Notes under the pieces: model-generated
The model's database searches: none
Told to the model about the DNA's origin: nothing
What the model saw: only the letters and a program-made list of their open reading frames with translations
In this document: piece after piece, positions 55,609 to 64,000 of the stretch
Layout: each line of letters begins with the position of its first letter
Position numbering within the stretch: position 1 is the first letter of the stretch
Program-made: the position numbers and the translations under genes
Source: Bacteroidales bacterium
GTDB lineage: Bacteria > Bacteroidota > Bacteroidia > Bacteroidales > JAIOZK01
Assembly: GCA_021740625.1 (NCBI GenBank)
Contig: JAIOZK010000021.1
Span: 2,289 to 66,288, forward strand
Length of the DNA: 64,000 bases
Reading direction: 5' to 3'

Positions 55609-57093
55609 TTAAATCTTCCTGCTGTAGTTAGGTGATTCCCTGACGATTGTCACATCATGCGGATGTGATTCGGCCACGCCGGCAGCCGTTATTTTGATAA
55701 ATCTTGCTTTTCTGAGTTCCTTGATGTTTTTGGCTCCCACATAACCCATACCTGCGCGCAGTCCGCCCACCATCTGGTGCACAACTTCAGAGAGGGCACC
55801 TTTGAAAGGCACTCTGCCAACGATTCCTTCCGGAACAAGCTTTTTAATATCATCCTCAACATCCTGGAAATAGCGGTCTTTGGAACCCTGTTGCATGGCT
55901 TCTATGGATCCCATACCGCGGTATGTCTTATATTTTCTGCCTTCGTAGATAACTGTTTCACCGGGTGATTCATCCACGCCTGCGAAAAGTGATCCAGCCA
56001 TGATAGTCTCAGCCCCTGCAGCAAGAGCTTTCACAATATCACCTGTGAAACGGATGCCGCCATCGGCGATAACGGGGATATTGGATCCCTGTAATGCCTG
56101 TGATACGTTGTAAACAGCCGAAAGCTGGGGTATCCCAACACCGGCTATCACACGGGTTGTACAAATAGAACCAGGACCGATTCCAACTTTAATGGCATCG
56201 ACTTCCATTTTTGCCAGTTCTATGGCTGCTTCCGCAGTGCCAATGTTCCCGATTACCAGGTCGACATTGGGATAGGTTTTGCGGATATTTTTCGCCATTT
56301 CGAAAACACCCCTTGTATGGGCGTGAGCAGTATCGATCACAATTGCATCCACATCAGCTTCTATAAGGGCACTGCAACGTTCGAGCGTATCGGCCGCAAT
56401 TCCCACGGCTGCCGCCACCCGCAAACGGCCCCGATCATCTTTATAAGCATTCGGGTTTGCTTTGATCTTCATCACGTCTTTGTATGTGATCAGGCCTACC
56501 AGTTTATTTTCTTTGTCGACCACAGGCAGTTTTTCGATCCGGTGTTCCTGCAGTGTGTCGGCAATTTTTTCAAAATCGGTGAATTCGGTTGTGGTGATCA
56601 GGTTGTCTTTTGTCATGATGTCGGTCACGGGACGATCTGGCCTTCTTTCGAAACGCAGGTCGCGGTTGGTCAGGATGCCGACCAGCTTGTTTTCCTTGTT
56701 TACGATCGGTATGCCGCTGATCTTGAAATCATCCATCAGGCGAATGGCATCTTCAACCAGAGCGCCTTCCTGCAGGGTGACCGGGTCGAGGATCATGCCG
56801 TTTTCGGCACGTTTTACTTTTCTGATTTCATTGGCCTGGGCCTCTATTTTCATGTTCTTGTGCAGCACACCAATGCCCCCTTCCTGGGCAAGGGTAATGG
56901 CCATGGCTGATTCAGTCACCGTATCCATGGCTGCCGAAACAATGGGCAGGTTGAGTTTAATATTCCTGGAAAAACGGGTAGATATATCAACTTCCCTGGG
57001 AAGCACCTCGGAGTATGCCGGTTCCAGCAATACATCATCATAGGTAAGGCCTTCGCCAAGGAATTTCTGATTGTCGGATTGCATGTTTTTCAT
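55609..57093 (-). CDS. guaB: IMP dehydrogenase
   Basis: The matching segments are [10 protein letters not shown], a CBS pair and the catalytic loop [13 protein letters not shown], plus [17 protein letters not shown]. An alternative ATG is at 57084. Confidence 0.93.
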   Translation of the reverse strand: MKNMQSDNQKFLGEGLTYDDVLLEPAYSEVLPREVDISTRFSRNIKLNLPIVSAAMDTVTESAMAITLAQEGGIGVLHKNMKIEAQANEIRKVKRAENGMILDPVTLQEGALVEDAIRLMDDFKISGIPIVNKENKLVGILTNRDLRFERRPDRPVTDIMTKDNLITTTEFTDFEKIADTLQEHRIEKLPVVDKENKLVGLITYKDVMKIKANPNAYKDDRGRLRVAAAVGIAADTLERCSALIEADVDAIVIDTAHAHTRGVFEMAKNIRKTYPNVDLVIGNIGTAEAAIELAKMEVDAIKVGIGPGSICTTRVIAGVGIPQLSAVYNVSQALQGSNIPVIADGGIRFTGDIVKALAAGAETIMAGSLFAGVDESPGETVIYEGRKYKTYRGMGSIEAMQQGSKDRYFQDVEDDIKKLVPEGIVGRVPFKGALSEVVHQMVGGLRAGMGYVGAKNIKELRKARFIKITAAGVAESHPHDVTIVRESPNYSRKI

Positions 57094-57198
57094 TTTTTCT
57101 AAATTGCTGCAAATGTATGAAAAATTGCTTATTTGGAGGTATTAAAAATTGTTAAGGAAGGGGGGTGACAATTAAAATTGGAAATTTGAAATTTGGGG

Positions 57199-57235
57199 TC
57201 AGTGAAGCCTTCACTCAAAGTGAAGGCTTCACTGA
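57199..57235 (-). terminator. Perfect 17-bp palindromic hairpin downstream of the T9SS cargo gene
   Basis: The sequence is tcagtgaagccttcact caa agtgaaggcttcactga. It starts 14 nt after the stop at 57249 on the minus strand. The U tract after it is only partial. Confidence 0.5.
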
Positions 57236-57248
57236 GACAAGCTTCTCT

Positions 57249-59318
57249 TTAGTATACTACTGTTATCGTCCCCTTTTTCTCAATGCTTTCTCCATTCCGG
57301 CTGTAGGTCACAACACAAATGTAGGTCCCCATGCTGACATATTCTCCATTGAACCGGCCATCCCATCCCTCCAGCGGGTCTCTGCTTTCATAGATCAATT
57401 GTCCCCAGCGGTCGAAAATGAACATGCGGTATTGACCATCTTCCAGAAATTTCAGAACAGGTTTAAACTCCTGTTTGTTTCCATTCGGTTTGAAAGCATT
57501 GGGTAGCAGGATTTCCGGTACGCGATTCAAAATGACATGGTTGGAACGGGAAGTATCCGAAAAACCAAAGCCATTGCCTTCGGCTTCGATTGCTTCCACG
57601 AAATATGCATAAACCAGGTTGCCTGCCGATACTTCCAGTTGCGTTTGCCCGGGGGATAGACTTTCGATGATCTCGACTGCACCATCTTCCAGCAGCCGGA
57701 ATACGTCATATTGTAATACCGGGGCATCCCATGCTTCATAAGTGTTCCATTGCAGGAGATACTGATCGCTGTTAAGTCGATCCATTTCCAGCAAAATATT
57801 CCGGCCTTCGTTGGATTGTATGCTTTCCCTGTTGCAACTGTCTAGGACTGTGATCCGGTAGTAATAATGTTGTGAGGAGAAATCCGCTTCAATGTCCTCA
57901 TAAAACAAACGGGCATTCGCTGTGTTAAAAACCGTATCAATCACATCAAAGGGCCCTCCGGAATTTTGTGAACGCAAGATCAGATAGCCCGTGCTGCTCG
58001 CTATGGTATCGGTGAAAAGTGTTAGTTCAACATGATCGTTGTCGACAACGCTAACATTTTGCAGGTAAATGAAATCAGCCGGATCAGGGTAGTTGGTCCG
58101 GTTGGATTTAATGCAGGATGTTGAAGTAATGCTTTCATCCGTATTGACCGCCCTGACAAAATAGGCATAATGTGTTTCATCATCCAGGTTGTCATGAACA
58201 TAGTGGTTTTGCTGACTGTCAACCCTGTCCAGCAAGGTAAAATCTCCTTCATCCGTTTGATAATAGATTTCATAGGCCTCAAGTCCGCCTTTCATGTTGA
58301 TATAGGCAGTCCATTCGAGCAGGTTACTGTTTTCACAGGTTTCATATACAATATCTTTCAGGTAGATATTTCGCATGGATTCACTTTCCTGCTGGGGGTT
58401 GATGCCATACGGACTTTTATTGCCACAGCTATCCACGGCGGCAATGCTGTATGCCTGTGACTGAAAACATCCCCCAGCTGTGCTGTCCACGTAAAATGTA
58501 TTTTCGATCCCGTAAACGATATCGATGGAATCGGTCTGGTTGCCGTTTTTCCTGTAGATAATATAACTTACTGTGCCGGCATCCTTGCTGGCTTCCCATC
58601 CCAGCAGTGCATTGCCGGAAGTATCAAGGCTTACCGAATCCAGCTCGGGCAAAGGTGGTTGTGTCAAATCATTCAGCCAGGCACCGGATACATTGGATGC
58701 AGATCGGCAATTGTTTTCATTTTTTACCTCGATCCTGTAATTGATCGAATCATAGCATACCCGGATGGTGTCCAGGTAAACATAATCCGTTATGGAATCG
58801 ATCAGTTCCCAGTTTCCAAAGGTGTATTTCCGGTAAATGTATTGATAGTCGGAGTTTCCGGGCAGCCCGGGATTGTGCATGGCATTCCAGTTGAGGCGTG
58901 CAATGTCTTTATCATCCGTTGGGATCACGCGCAGGCGGATGCTGCTGATGGTATCGGAAACAATAGAATCCTGTCCGTACATGGCCACTATATAGTAATA
59001 GTTTTGAAAAATGATGGGGTTGATATCCAAATGTGTGAAAGTTGTTGCATTATAGTCGGGAACGCTGCCTACCAGGTTGAAGGTGGCGGAAAGTGACAGG
59101 GCATGATAAATCTTGTATTTTTCGAATTGCCCGGGATTCCCTGCGGGTTCCCATTGAAGTTCAATATCATCATTGTCAATGATTCTCAGGCAATGCAGGA
59201 AATGCTCCGCCTGGGGGAAACAGGCCAGGCTAATGAAAAAGAATGATATTAACAATAAGCGCTTCAGCGGTATTTCTGTTTTGAATTTTACAGGCTTATA
59301 ACGTTTACTTTCCGACAA
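57249..59318 (-). CDS. T9SS type B (gliding-motility C-terminal domain) cargo protein with FN3-like repeats
   Basis: A signal peptide is followed by repeated modules of about 90 aa. The C-terminus reads LLPNAFKPNGNKQEFKP...FDRWGQLIYE...GWDGRFNG...GTYICVV...GTITVVY. Confidence 0.8.
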   Translation of the reverse strand: MSESKRYKPVKFKTEIPLKRLLLISFFFISLACFPQAEHFLHCLRIIDNDDIELQWEPAGNPGQFEKYKIYHALSLSATFNLVGSVPDYNATTFTHLDINPIIFQNYYYIVAMYGQDSIVSDTISSIRLRVIPTDDKDIARLNWNAMHNPGLPGNSDYQYIYRKYTFGNWELIDSITDYVYLDTIRVCYDSINYRIEVKNENNCRSASNVSGAWLNDLTQPPLPELDSVSLDTSGNALLGWEASKDAGTVSYIIYRKNGNQTDSIDIVYGIENTFYVDSTAGGCFQSQAYSIAAVDSCGNKSPYGINPQQESESMRNIYLKDIVYETCENSNLLEWTAYINMKGGLEAYEIYYQTDEGDFTLLDRVDSQQNHYVHDNLDDETHYAYFVRAVNTDESITSTSCIKSNRTNYPDPADFIYLQNVSVVDNDHVELTLFTDTIASSTGYLILRSQNSGGPFDVIDTVFNTANARLFYEDIEADFSSQHYYYRITVLDSCNRESIQSNEGRNILLEMDRLNSDQYLLQWNTYEAWDAPVLQYDVFRLLEDGAVEIIESLSPGQTQLEVSAGNLVYAYFVEAIEAEGNGFGFSDTSRSNHVILNRVPEILLPNAFKPNGNKQEFKPVLKFLEDGQYRMFIFDRWGQLIYESRDPLEGWDGRFNGEYVSMGTYICVVTYSRNGESIEKKGTITVVY

Positions 59319-60585
59319 TTAGTTCAAACAAGTCTTCCTTTTTCAGATATTTTGCGGCTAATTCCTGAACCTTTCCTGTGGTCATGGCATGGATCTCATC
59401 GATCATCCTGTCAAAATATTCCTGATCCAGGCCGAACAACAGCACATTCTTGTATGCTTCAGCCAGGGCAAAGGGCCCGTCGATGCTGTGCATGAAACTT
59501 CCTGTCATGTAGTTCTTAACCAGGTCAATTTCTTTATCGCTGACAGCTTCGATGATCAATCTCTCGATCTCAGCATATATCTCCTCAACAGCAGCTTTGC
59601 GCACATCCGCCCCCACTTCCGTGGCGATGAAGAAATAGCCCGAATGTTCCAGAGACACCAGGTTGGATCCAATACCATAGGTATAGCCTTTGTCCTCCCG
59701 GATGTTCGACATCAGACGCGAGCCGAAATAACCTCCCAGAAGAGTGGATACGAATTTCATGGGTATGTAATCGGGATGCAGTTTGTTGAACAGCGGCCTC
59801 CCGATCCTGATGGCAGATTGAAGCACATCTTTTCTTTCGATCAATTGATCTGTAGGTTCTAAGCTGGCTTCCAGGTATTCTTTTGGCTGTTCACGGAAGC
59901 CCGGTTCCAGAATTTTACCAACTTTGCTGTTAATGGTGCTGATTAGAGCATCATCCACCTTGCCTGAAATGATTGCAAAACAATTGTCGCTGCGATACTT
60001 TTCCCGGTAATAGTTTTTGATGGCGTTCAGTTCGATGTCATCGAAATCTTCCAGCTTGTTGATCTGCCCGTATGGCTTGTCTTTGCCAAAGATGAGTGGG
60101 AAAAAGTTTTCCCGGGCCACATGCCGCACTTTCCGCTGGTTGACCAGGAACAATTGTTTTTGTTTGCTGTTCAGGGTAATTAATTCAATCTCCGGGAAGG
60201 CAGATTCATTGATCAGCCGGGCAAAGAGGTCAATCATTTCATCCGCATATTTATTCAGGGAGTATACTGTAACCCCTGAAATATCCTTATCACAGTATGA
60301 CTTTATGGTTGCGCCATAATAATCCAGTTTTTCCGATATTTCTGCAGAAGTCATATTCGGGGTTCCTTCCGCCAGCATTTTATTCGTGTGAAAGGCGATC
60401 AGTGGAAAGTCTCCATCAGCGCTGCCCGAATTGAAGATCAGGTCCAACTTGAAAACTTCCTGATTCCCGCCAGTAACAAGATATGCAGGTATTCCGTTAT
60501 CCAGTGTGATCTTTTCAGCGTCCAGGATGGAAAGCCTGTCCATGGGTTTGATACCGGGTTGTATTTTTCTGTCAGGTAGTGGCAT
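59305..60585 (-). CDS. M16-family peptidase subunit lacking the HxxEH zinc motif (non-catalytic partner)
   Basis: The fold pattern is insulinase-like but there is no HxxEH motif. The start is set at MPLPDRK (60585), 1 nt after the upstream stop. Alternative starts are at 60606 and 60687. Confidence 0.75.
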   Translation of the reverse strand: MPLPDRKIQPGIKPMDRLSILDAEKITLDNGIPAYLVTGGNQEVFKLDLIFNSGSADGDFPLIAFHTNKMLAEGTPNMTSAEISEKLDYYGATIKSYCDKDISGVTVYSLNKYADEMIDLFARLINESAFPEIELITLNSKQKQLFLVNQRKVRHVARENFFPLIFGKDKPYGQINKLEDFDDIELNAIKNYYREKYRSDNCFAIISGKVDDALISTINSKVGKILEPGFREQPKEYLEASLEPTDQLIERKDVLQSAIRIGRPLFNKLHPDYIPMKFVSTLLGGYFGSRLMSNIREDKGYTYGIGSNLVSLEHSGYFFIATEVGADVRKAAVEEIYAEIERLIIEAVSDKEIDLVKNYMTGSFMHSIDGPFALAEAYKNVLLFGLDQEYFDRMIDEIHAMTTGKVQELAAKYLKKEDLFELIVGK

Positions 60586-60586
60586 A

Positions 60587-61831
60587 TCAGGAATTGTTTT
60601 TGGCATGGTAATACAATGTGCTGCAATTATTCTCGTCGAGGATCTCAGCGGCAAGCTGCTGTACGTCGGCGGGTTTGACCGCTGCATACATATCGATAAG
60701 CCGGTTGTTCAGCTCTGCCTTATCAACGATCTCCAGGTGCGAAAGATTGATCGCTTTATTCAGCGTATTGGCTTCGGCAAAGATCAGCCCGGACTCCACT
60801 TTGTTTTGGACTTTTTGCGTTTCACTATCGCTAGGCTTATTATCCTTCAGTTTGCTGACCTCCTCCTGAATGGCATTTTCAGCATCTTTCATTGCAACGC
60901 CTTCGATCAGGTTCCCGTTAATGACAAACATTCCTTTGTCAATATCACCGGTGATATAGGCACTGATATCGCTGAACATTTTCTTTTCTTTTACCAGTTT
61001 TTGGAACAAGCGGGAGGAATTGCCATTGGAAAGCACATCCGAAAGCAGATCGGTTGCATAGTATTCCGCATCCATCCTGGAACACATATGGTATGCTTTG
61101 TAGATGGCATCCAGGGGGACATCCCTATGCACGGTCAAAGAACGGCTCTTGGTTTGTTTGGGTTCCGCTGGCAGCGAACGAGCATTCTTGCCTTTGTTTT
61201 GTATCGGGCCGAACCATTTCTCGGCAAGCCGGAAAACTGCATCCGGCTTCACATTGCCGGATACAACCAGCACGGCATTGTTGGGATTATAGTAGGTATG
61301 ATAAAACGATTTCACATCTTCCATGGTAGCATTTTGCACATGCTCAATGCTTTTGCCGATGGTGGGCCACTGGTAGGGATGTTTTTTATACACCATGGGC
61401 CTGAGCAGTAGCCACACATCCCCATAAGGCTGGTTGAGGTAAACCTGCCGGAATTCCTCGCTGACAACATTTCTTTGCACCTCCAGGCTTTTAGGTGAAA
61501 AGGCCAGGTCGAGCATGCGGTCGGATTCCAGCCAGAAAGCTGTTTCAATGTTTTGCACAGGAAGGGTGCAGTAATAGGAAGTAATATCATTGTTGGTAAA
61601 GGCATTGTTGTGCCCGCCGATCTTTTCCAGGGGTTCGTCGTATTTGGGTATGTTCACCGAACCGCCGAACATCAGGTGTTCAAACAAATGTGCGAAACCG
61701 GTTTTCCCGGGGTCTTCATCCCGAGCTCCCACATCGTACATCACATTCACGGCCACAAGCGGGGTGGTTTCATCTTCATTTACAATGATGCGCAAACCGT
61801 TATCCAGTATATGTCTTTTGAATTCTATCAT
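60587..61831 (-). CDS. M16-family zinc peptidase (catalytic subunit)
   Basis: The inverted zinc motif is in GFAHLFEHLMFGG (HxxEH). The start is moved to MIEFKRHILDNGLRII (61831) because a -7 box lies at 61846-61853 and the longer ORF reads through repeat DNA. Confidence 0.85.
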   Translation of the reverse strand: MIEFKRHILDNGLRIIVNEDETTPLVAVNVMYDVGARDEDPGKTGFAHLFEHLMFGGSVNIPKYDEPLEKIGGHNNAFTNNDITSYYCTLPVQNIETAFWLESDRMLDLAFSPKSLEVQRNVVSEEFRQVYLNQPYGDVWLLLRPMVYKKHPYQWPTIGKSIEHVQNATMEDVKSFYHTYYNPNNAVLVVSGNVKPDAVFRLAEKWFGPIQNKGKNARSLPAEPKQTKSRSLTVHRDVPLDAIYKAYHMCSRMDAEYYATDLLSDVLSNGNSSRLFQKLVKEKKMFSDISAYITGDIDKGMFVINGNLIEGVAMKDAENAIQEEVSKLKDNKPSDSETQKVQNKVESGLIFAEANTLNKAINLSHLEIVDKAELNNRLIDMYAAVKPADVQQLAAEILDENNCSTLYYHAKNNS

Positions 61832-61845
61832 CCCGTAATTTTCCG

Positions 61846-61853
61846 CAAAGCTA
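61846..61853 (-). promoter_or_regulatory. -7 box TAGCTTTG upstream of the M16 operon
   Basis: The plus strand reads caaagcta, which is TAGCTTTG on the minus strand, 15 nt upstream of the ATG at 61831. Confidence 0.35.
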
Positions 61854-61934
61854 ATGAAAGTTGTGCAAGTGAAGGCATAACCGACCTTTGCCTTGCCTGT
61901 GAGGCTCTCGCTTCCCGCGAGGGTCTCGCTGCGA

Positions 61935-62019
61935 ATCATCCAATACTACCATAATATCATCGCTATGCGATTTGGGGCATGACATTTTCTTTATTTCCCT
62001 CTCGTAAGGCCCGTTAGGG
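61935..62019. repeat. Copy A of an approximately 80-nt intergenic direct repeat
   Basis: The sequence is ...actaccataatatcatcgctatgcgatttggggcatgacattttctttatttccctctcgtaaggcccgttaggg. It contains the mini-hairpins atcgc-tat-gcgat and gccc-gtta-gggc. Confidence 0.7.
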
Positions 62020-62119
62020 CCGGCAGTATGGTAGAAAAGGAAGCCATGTCCACCCCACAAAATCCCGTAGGGATGACATTATAAAATTGGGGTGGTATTG
62101 GTGAGGTGAGGTTTGAAGT

Positions 62120-62167
62120 GGCAGCGGCAGTAGCAGTGGCAGTTTCAGTTTCAGTTGCAGTTGCAGT
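62120..62167. repeat. Eight tandem degenerate hexamers NNCAGY
   Basis: The units read ggcagc ggcagt agcagt ggcagt ttcagt ttcagt tgcagt tgcagt. Confidence 0.8.
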
Positions 62168-62227
62168 CCCCACCCTAAAGCATTCAGGATAATGTCGTGC
62201 CTACGGCACTTTGGGGCCATATCCAGT

Positions 62228-62313
62228 ATATCCACTACTACCATAATGATCATCGCTACGCGATTTGGGGGAATAATGTTTTCTTCATTTTACTATCATA
62301 AGGCCCGTTAGGG
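62228..62313. repeat. Copy B of the approximately 80-nt intergenic direct repeat
   Basis: The sequence is ...actaccataatgatcatcgctacgcgatttgggggaataatgttttcttcattttactatcataaggcccgttaggg. By eye it is about 80 percent identical to copy A. Confidence 0.7.
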
Positions 62314-62386
62314 TGAGGACTTGGCTTTCACTCATAATACCAAGGGAGGAATGTTGAATCCTTTTAATTCCTATTTAAATTAATCT

Positions 62387-62394
62387 TAACTTTG
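62387..62394 (+). promoter_or_regulatory. -7 box TAACTTTG upstream of glyA
   Basis: taactttg lies 36 nt upstream of the ATG at 62431. Confidence 0.4.
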
Positions 62395-62430
62395 CATTCA
62401 CTGTGTGAAACTCCAAAAATTTAATAAGAT

Positions 62431-63711
62431 ATGGAACGCGATAAATTGGTTTTTGACATCATTGAAAAGGAAAAAGACAGGCAGTTGAATGGCATCGAAC
62501 TGATCGCCTCGGAGAACTTTGTGAGCGATCAGGTTCTTGAAGCCATGGGCTCTGTTATGACGAATAAATACGCCGAAGGCTATCCCGGTAAAAGATATTA
62601 CGGTGGTTGCCAGTTCGTAGATGAAACTGAACAACTGGCCATCGACAGGGCCAAAGAACTCTTTGGGGCAGTATGGGCCAACGTGCAACCTCATTCGGGG
62701 GCACAGGCCAACATGGCTGTTTTCCTGGCATGCCTGAAACCGGGCGATACCTTCATGGGAATGGATCTTTCGCACGGGGGGCACCTATCGCACGGATCAT
62801 TTGTCAACTCCTCCGGTATTCTTTACAATGCGATTTCTTATGAGGTGGACAAGGAAACCGGTATCATCGATTATGACAAGATGGAAGAAAAGGCACTTGC
62901 CGAAAAGCCAAAACTGATCATCGCCGGAGCCTCTGCCTACAGCCGCGACTGGGATTATAAACGCATGCGCGAGATCGCAGATAAGATCGATGCCATCCTG
63001 ATGGCAGATATTGCCCACCCTGCCGGCCTGATCGCGAAAGGATTGCTGAATGATCCGCTACCGCATTGCCATGTTGTCACCACCACTACGCATAAAACCC
63101 TGCGCGGTCCGCGTGGAGGTATGATACTGGTAGGAGAGGATTTCGACAATCCATGGGGCAAGAAAACACCCAAAGGAAAAATCAAGAGTTTTACACAGGT
63201 GCTTGATTCGGCTGTTTTTCCTGGTATTCAGGGCGGTCCCCTGGAACACGTGATCGCATCCAAGGCTGTGGCATTCGGCGAAGCCCTGAGCGATGATTTC
63301 AAAAATTATGTTCTGCAGGTGAAAAAGAATGCAGATGTCATGGCCCAGGCCTTTGTTGACAAAGGTTATCATGTGATCTCCGAAGGAACCGACAATCACC
63401 TCATGCTGATTGATCTACGCAGCAAGGTGCCGGAACTTTCGGGTAGAAAAGTGGAAAATACACTTGTACTGGCGGATATTACCGTGAATAAAAACATGGT
63501 GCCTTTCGATGATCGTTCTCCTTTTGCTACTTCAGGATTGAGGATCGGTACACCGGCAGTTACAACAAGAGGACTGAAAGAAGAACACATGCCCCTGATC
63601 GTGGAAATGATCGATGAGGTGATCATGGATATCGAGAATGAAGAGAAACTGAAAGATGTTAAGAAGCGTGTGAATGAATTGATGGGGGGATTTCCGATGT
63701 TTGCGTGGTAA
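62431..63711 (+). CDS. glyA: Serine hydroxymethyltransferase
   Basis: The matching segments are [24 protein letters not shown], and the PLP-lysine region [16 protein letters not shown]. Confidence 0.93.
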   Translation: MERDKLVFDIIEKEKDRQLNGIELIASENFVSDQVLEAMGSVMTNKYAEGYPGKRYYGGCQFVDETEQLAIDRAKELFGAVWANVQPHSGAQANMAVFLACLKPGDTFMGMDLSHGGHLSHGSFVNSSGILYNAISYEVDKETGIIDYDKMEEKALAEKPKLIIAGASAYSRDWDYKRMREIADKIDAILMADIAHPAGLIAKGLLNDPLPHCHVVTTTTHKTLRGPRGGMILVGEDFDNPWGKKTPKGKIKSFTQVLDSAVFPGIQGGPLEHVIASKAVAFGEALSDDFKNYVLQVKKNADVMAQAFVDKGYHVISEGTDNHLMLIDLRSKVPELSGRKVENTLVLADITVNKNMVPFDDRSPFATSGLRIGTPAVTTRGLKEEHMPLIVEMIDEVIMDIENEEKLKDVKKRVNELMGGFPMFAW

Positions 63712-63756
63712 TATTTTTTTCAGTTTGATTTTTGCAAATTAAACTGAAAAAAATAT
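63711..63756. terminator. Bidirectional AT-rich hairpin terminator
   Basis: atatttttttcagttt (63711-63726) is the perfect reverse complement of aaactgaaaaaaatat (63741-63756), with a 14-nt loop. The hairpin exactly fills the gap between glyA and the convergent gene. Confidence 0.7.
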
Positions 63757-64000
63757 CTATGAAGTGAATTTTTTGTGGATGAATTCATAAATTGTTTCGG
63801 CTTTCTTTTTACCAATGCCTCTAATTTTCATCAGAGTTTTTACATCTGATTTTATCAGGTTTTCGATTGTTTGGAATTCCAGGAGTAACTGATGGGATAG
63901 TGTTTTGCTGATTCCCGGCAATCCCTGGACAAAAAATGATTGTTTGCTTCTGATCTTTTTTGGTTTTGGTTCCCTTTGCAAAAACATTGTTCTGGGATAA
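63757..64000 (-). CDS. Helix-hairpin-helix domain protein, probably the C-terminal fragment of a longer ORF running off the window
   Basis: LQGLPGISKTLSHQLL...IRGIGKKKAETIYEFI is a (HhH)2-like pattern. The frame stays open upstream of the ATG at 63987 to the window edge, so the true start may lie outside. Confidence 0.4.
   Translation of the reverse strand, partial: YPRTMFLQREPKPKKIRSKQSFFVQGLPGISKTLSHQLLLEFQTIENLIKSDVKTLMKIRGIGKKKAETIYEFIHKKFTS

Noticed and set aside
54443-56910. + strand ORFs of 283 and 197 aa over the PPIase and guaB genes
   Set aside because: They are antisense to strongly supported CDSs (parvulin domains and the IMPDH catalytic loop). Their composition is typical of reverse-frame artefacts.
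60506-61411. 301-aa + strand ORF over the M16 peptidase genes
   Set aside because: It is antisense to the HxxEH-containing M16 gene and spans the junction between two real genes.
62120-62167. Possible CRISPR array
   Set aside because: The units are 6 nt long and contiguous, with no spacers. This is a microsatellite, not a CRISPR array. No cas genes are in the window.
61851-62253. Three minus-strand ORFs of 60-79 aa in the glyA upstream region, one reading TATATETETATATAAAT
   Set aside because: They are translations of the hexamer microsatellite and direct repeats. They overlap each other in different frames and have no promoter or start context. I treat them as noncoding repeat DNA.
61832-62430. 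Possible ZTP (pfl) or THF riboswitch upstream of glyA
   Set aside because: I looked for the conserved ZTP 3' element (CCGCCTGGGC-like) and for THF-riboswitch-like cores and did not see them. This cannot be excluded formally without a covariance-model scan.

Overview
This is a Bacteroidota-type chromosomal segment. The evidence is T9SS type A and type B C-terminal sorting domains, recurring TAnnTTTG -7 promoter boxes, tight operons without obvious Shine-Dalgarno spacing, and roughly 40 percent GC by eye. No tools were run, so every call rests on reading the translations and the DNA and on motif recognition, not on database hits. Most of the window is housekeeping. It holds a partial sucA, a divergent ferredoxin plus korAB, tilS, a DsbD-like reductase, mazG and a TPR hybrid sensor kinase. 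It also holds the lipid A genes lpxK, lpxH and a PagL-like deacylase, then proS, Nif3, PNP, gap, peroxiredoxin and a TolC/MacB-permease/HlyD efflux operon. The rest is MoxR, a SurA/PpiD-like PPIase cluster, guaB, an M16 peptidase pair, glyA and four large T9SS cargo proteins. I saw no rRNA, tRNA, CRISPR, transposase or integrase. The stand-out is a compact six-gene minus-strand operon at 11562-16196. Its gene order is a SUKH (SMI1/KNR4-like) protein ending in a C-terminal Gly, an E2-like protein with a single Cys, a JAB/JAMM isopeptidase with a perfect HxHx7Sx2D motif, a ThiF/E1-like adenylating enzyme, a 4-TM protein and a zinc-ribbon protein. It encodes no recognisable ubiquitin-like gene and no CD-NTase. 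It therefore matches neither type II CBASS (Cap2/Cap3) nor Bil-type Ubl-E2-JAB-E1 operons as I know them. I flag it as a candidate undescribed conjugation-based system, possibly for defence. Secondary observations are: an unusually long, repeat-rich 600-nt noncoding region upstream of glyA; a heptamer-repeat cluster upstream of the peroxiredoxin gene; an aromatic/Gly-rich plus Ser/Arg-repeat lipoprotein; a TlpA-like protein that has lost its CXXC; tandem paralogous T9SS adhesins; and several start codons reassigned using promoter and terminator positions.
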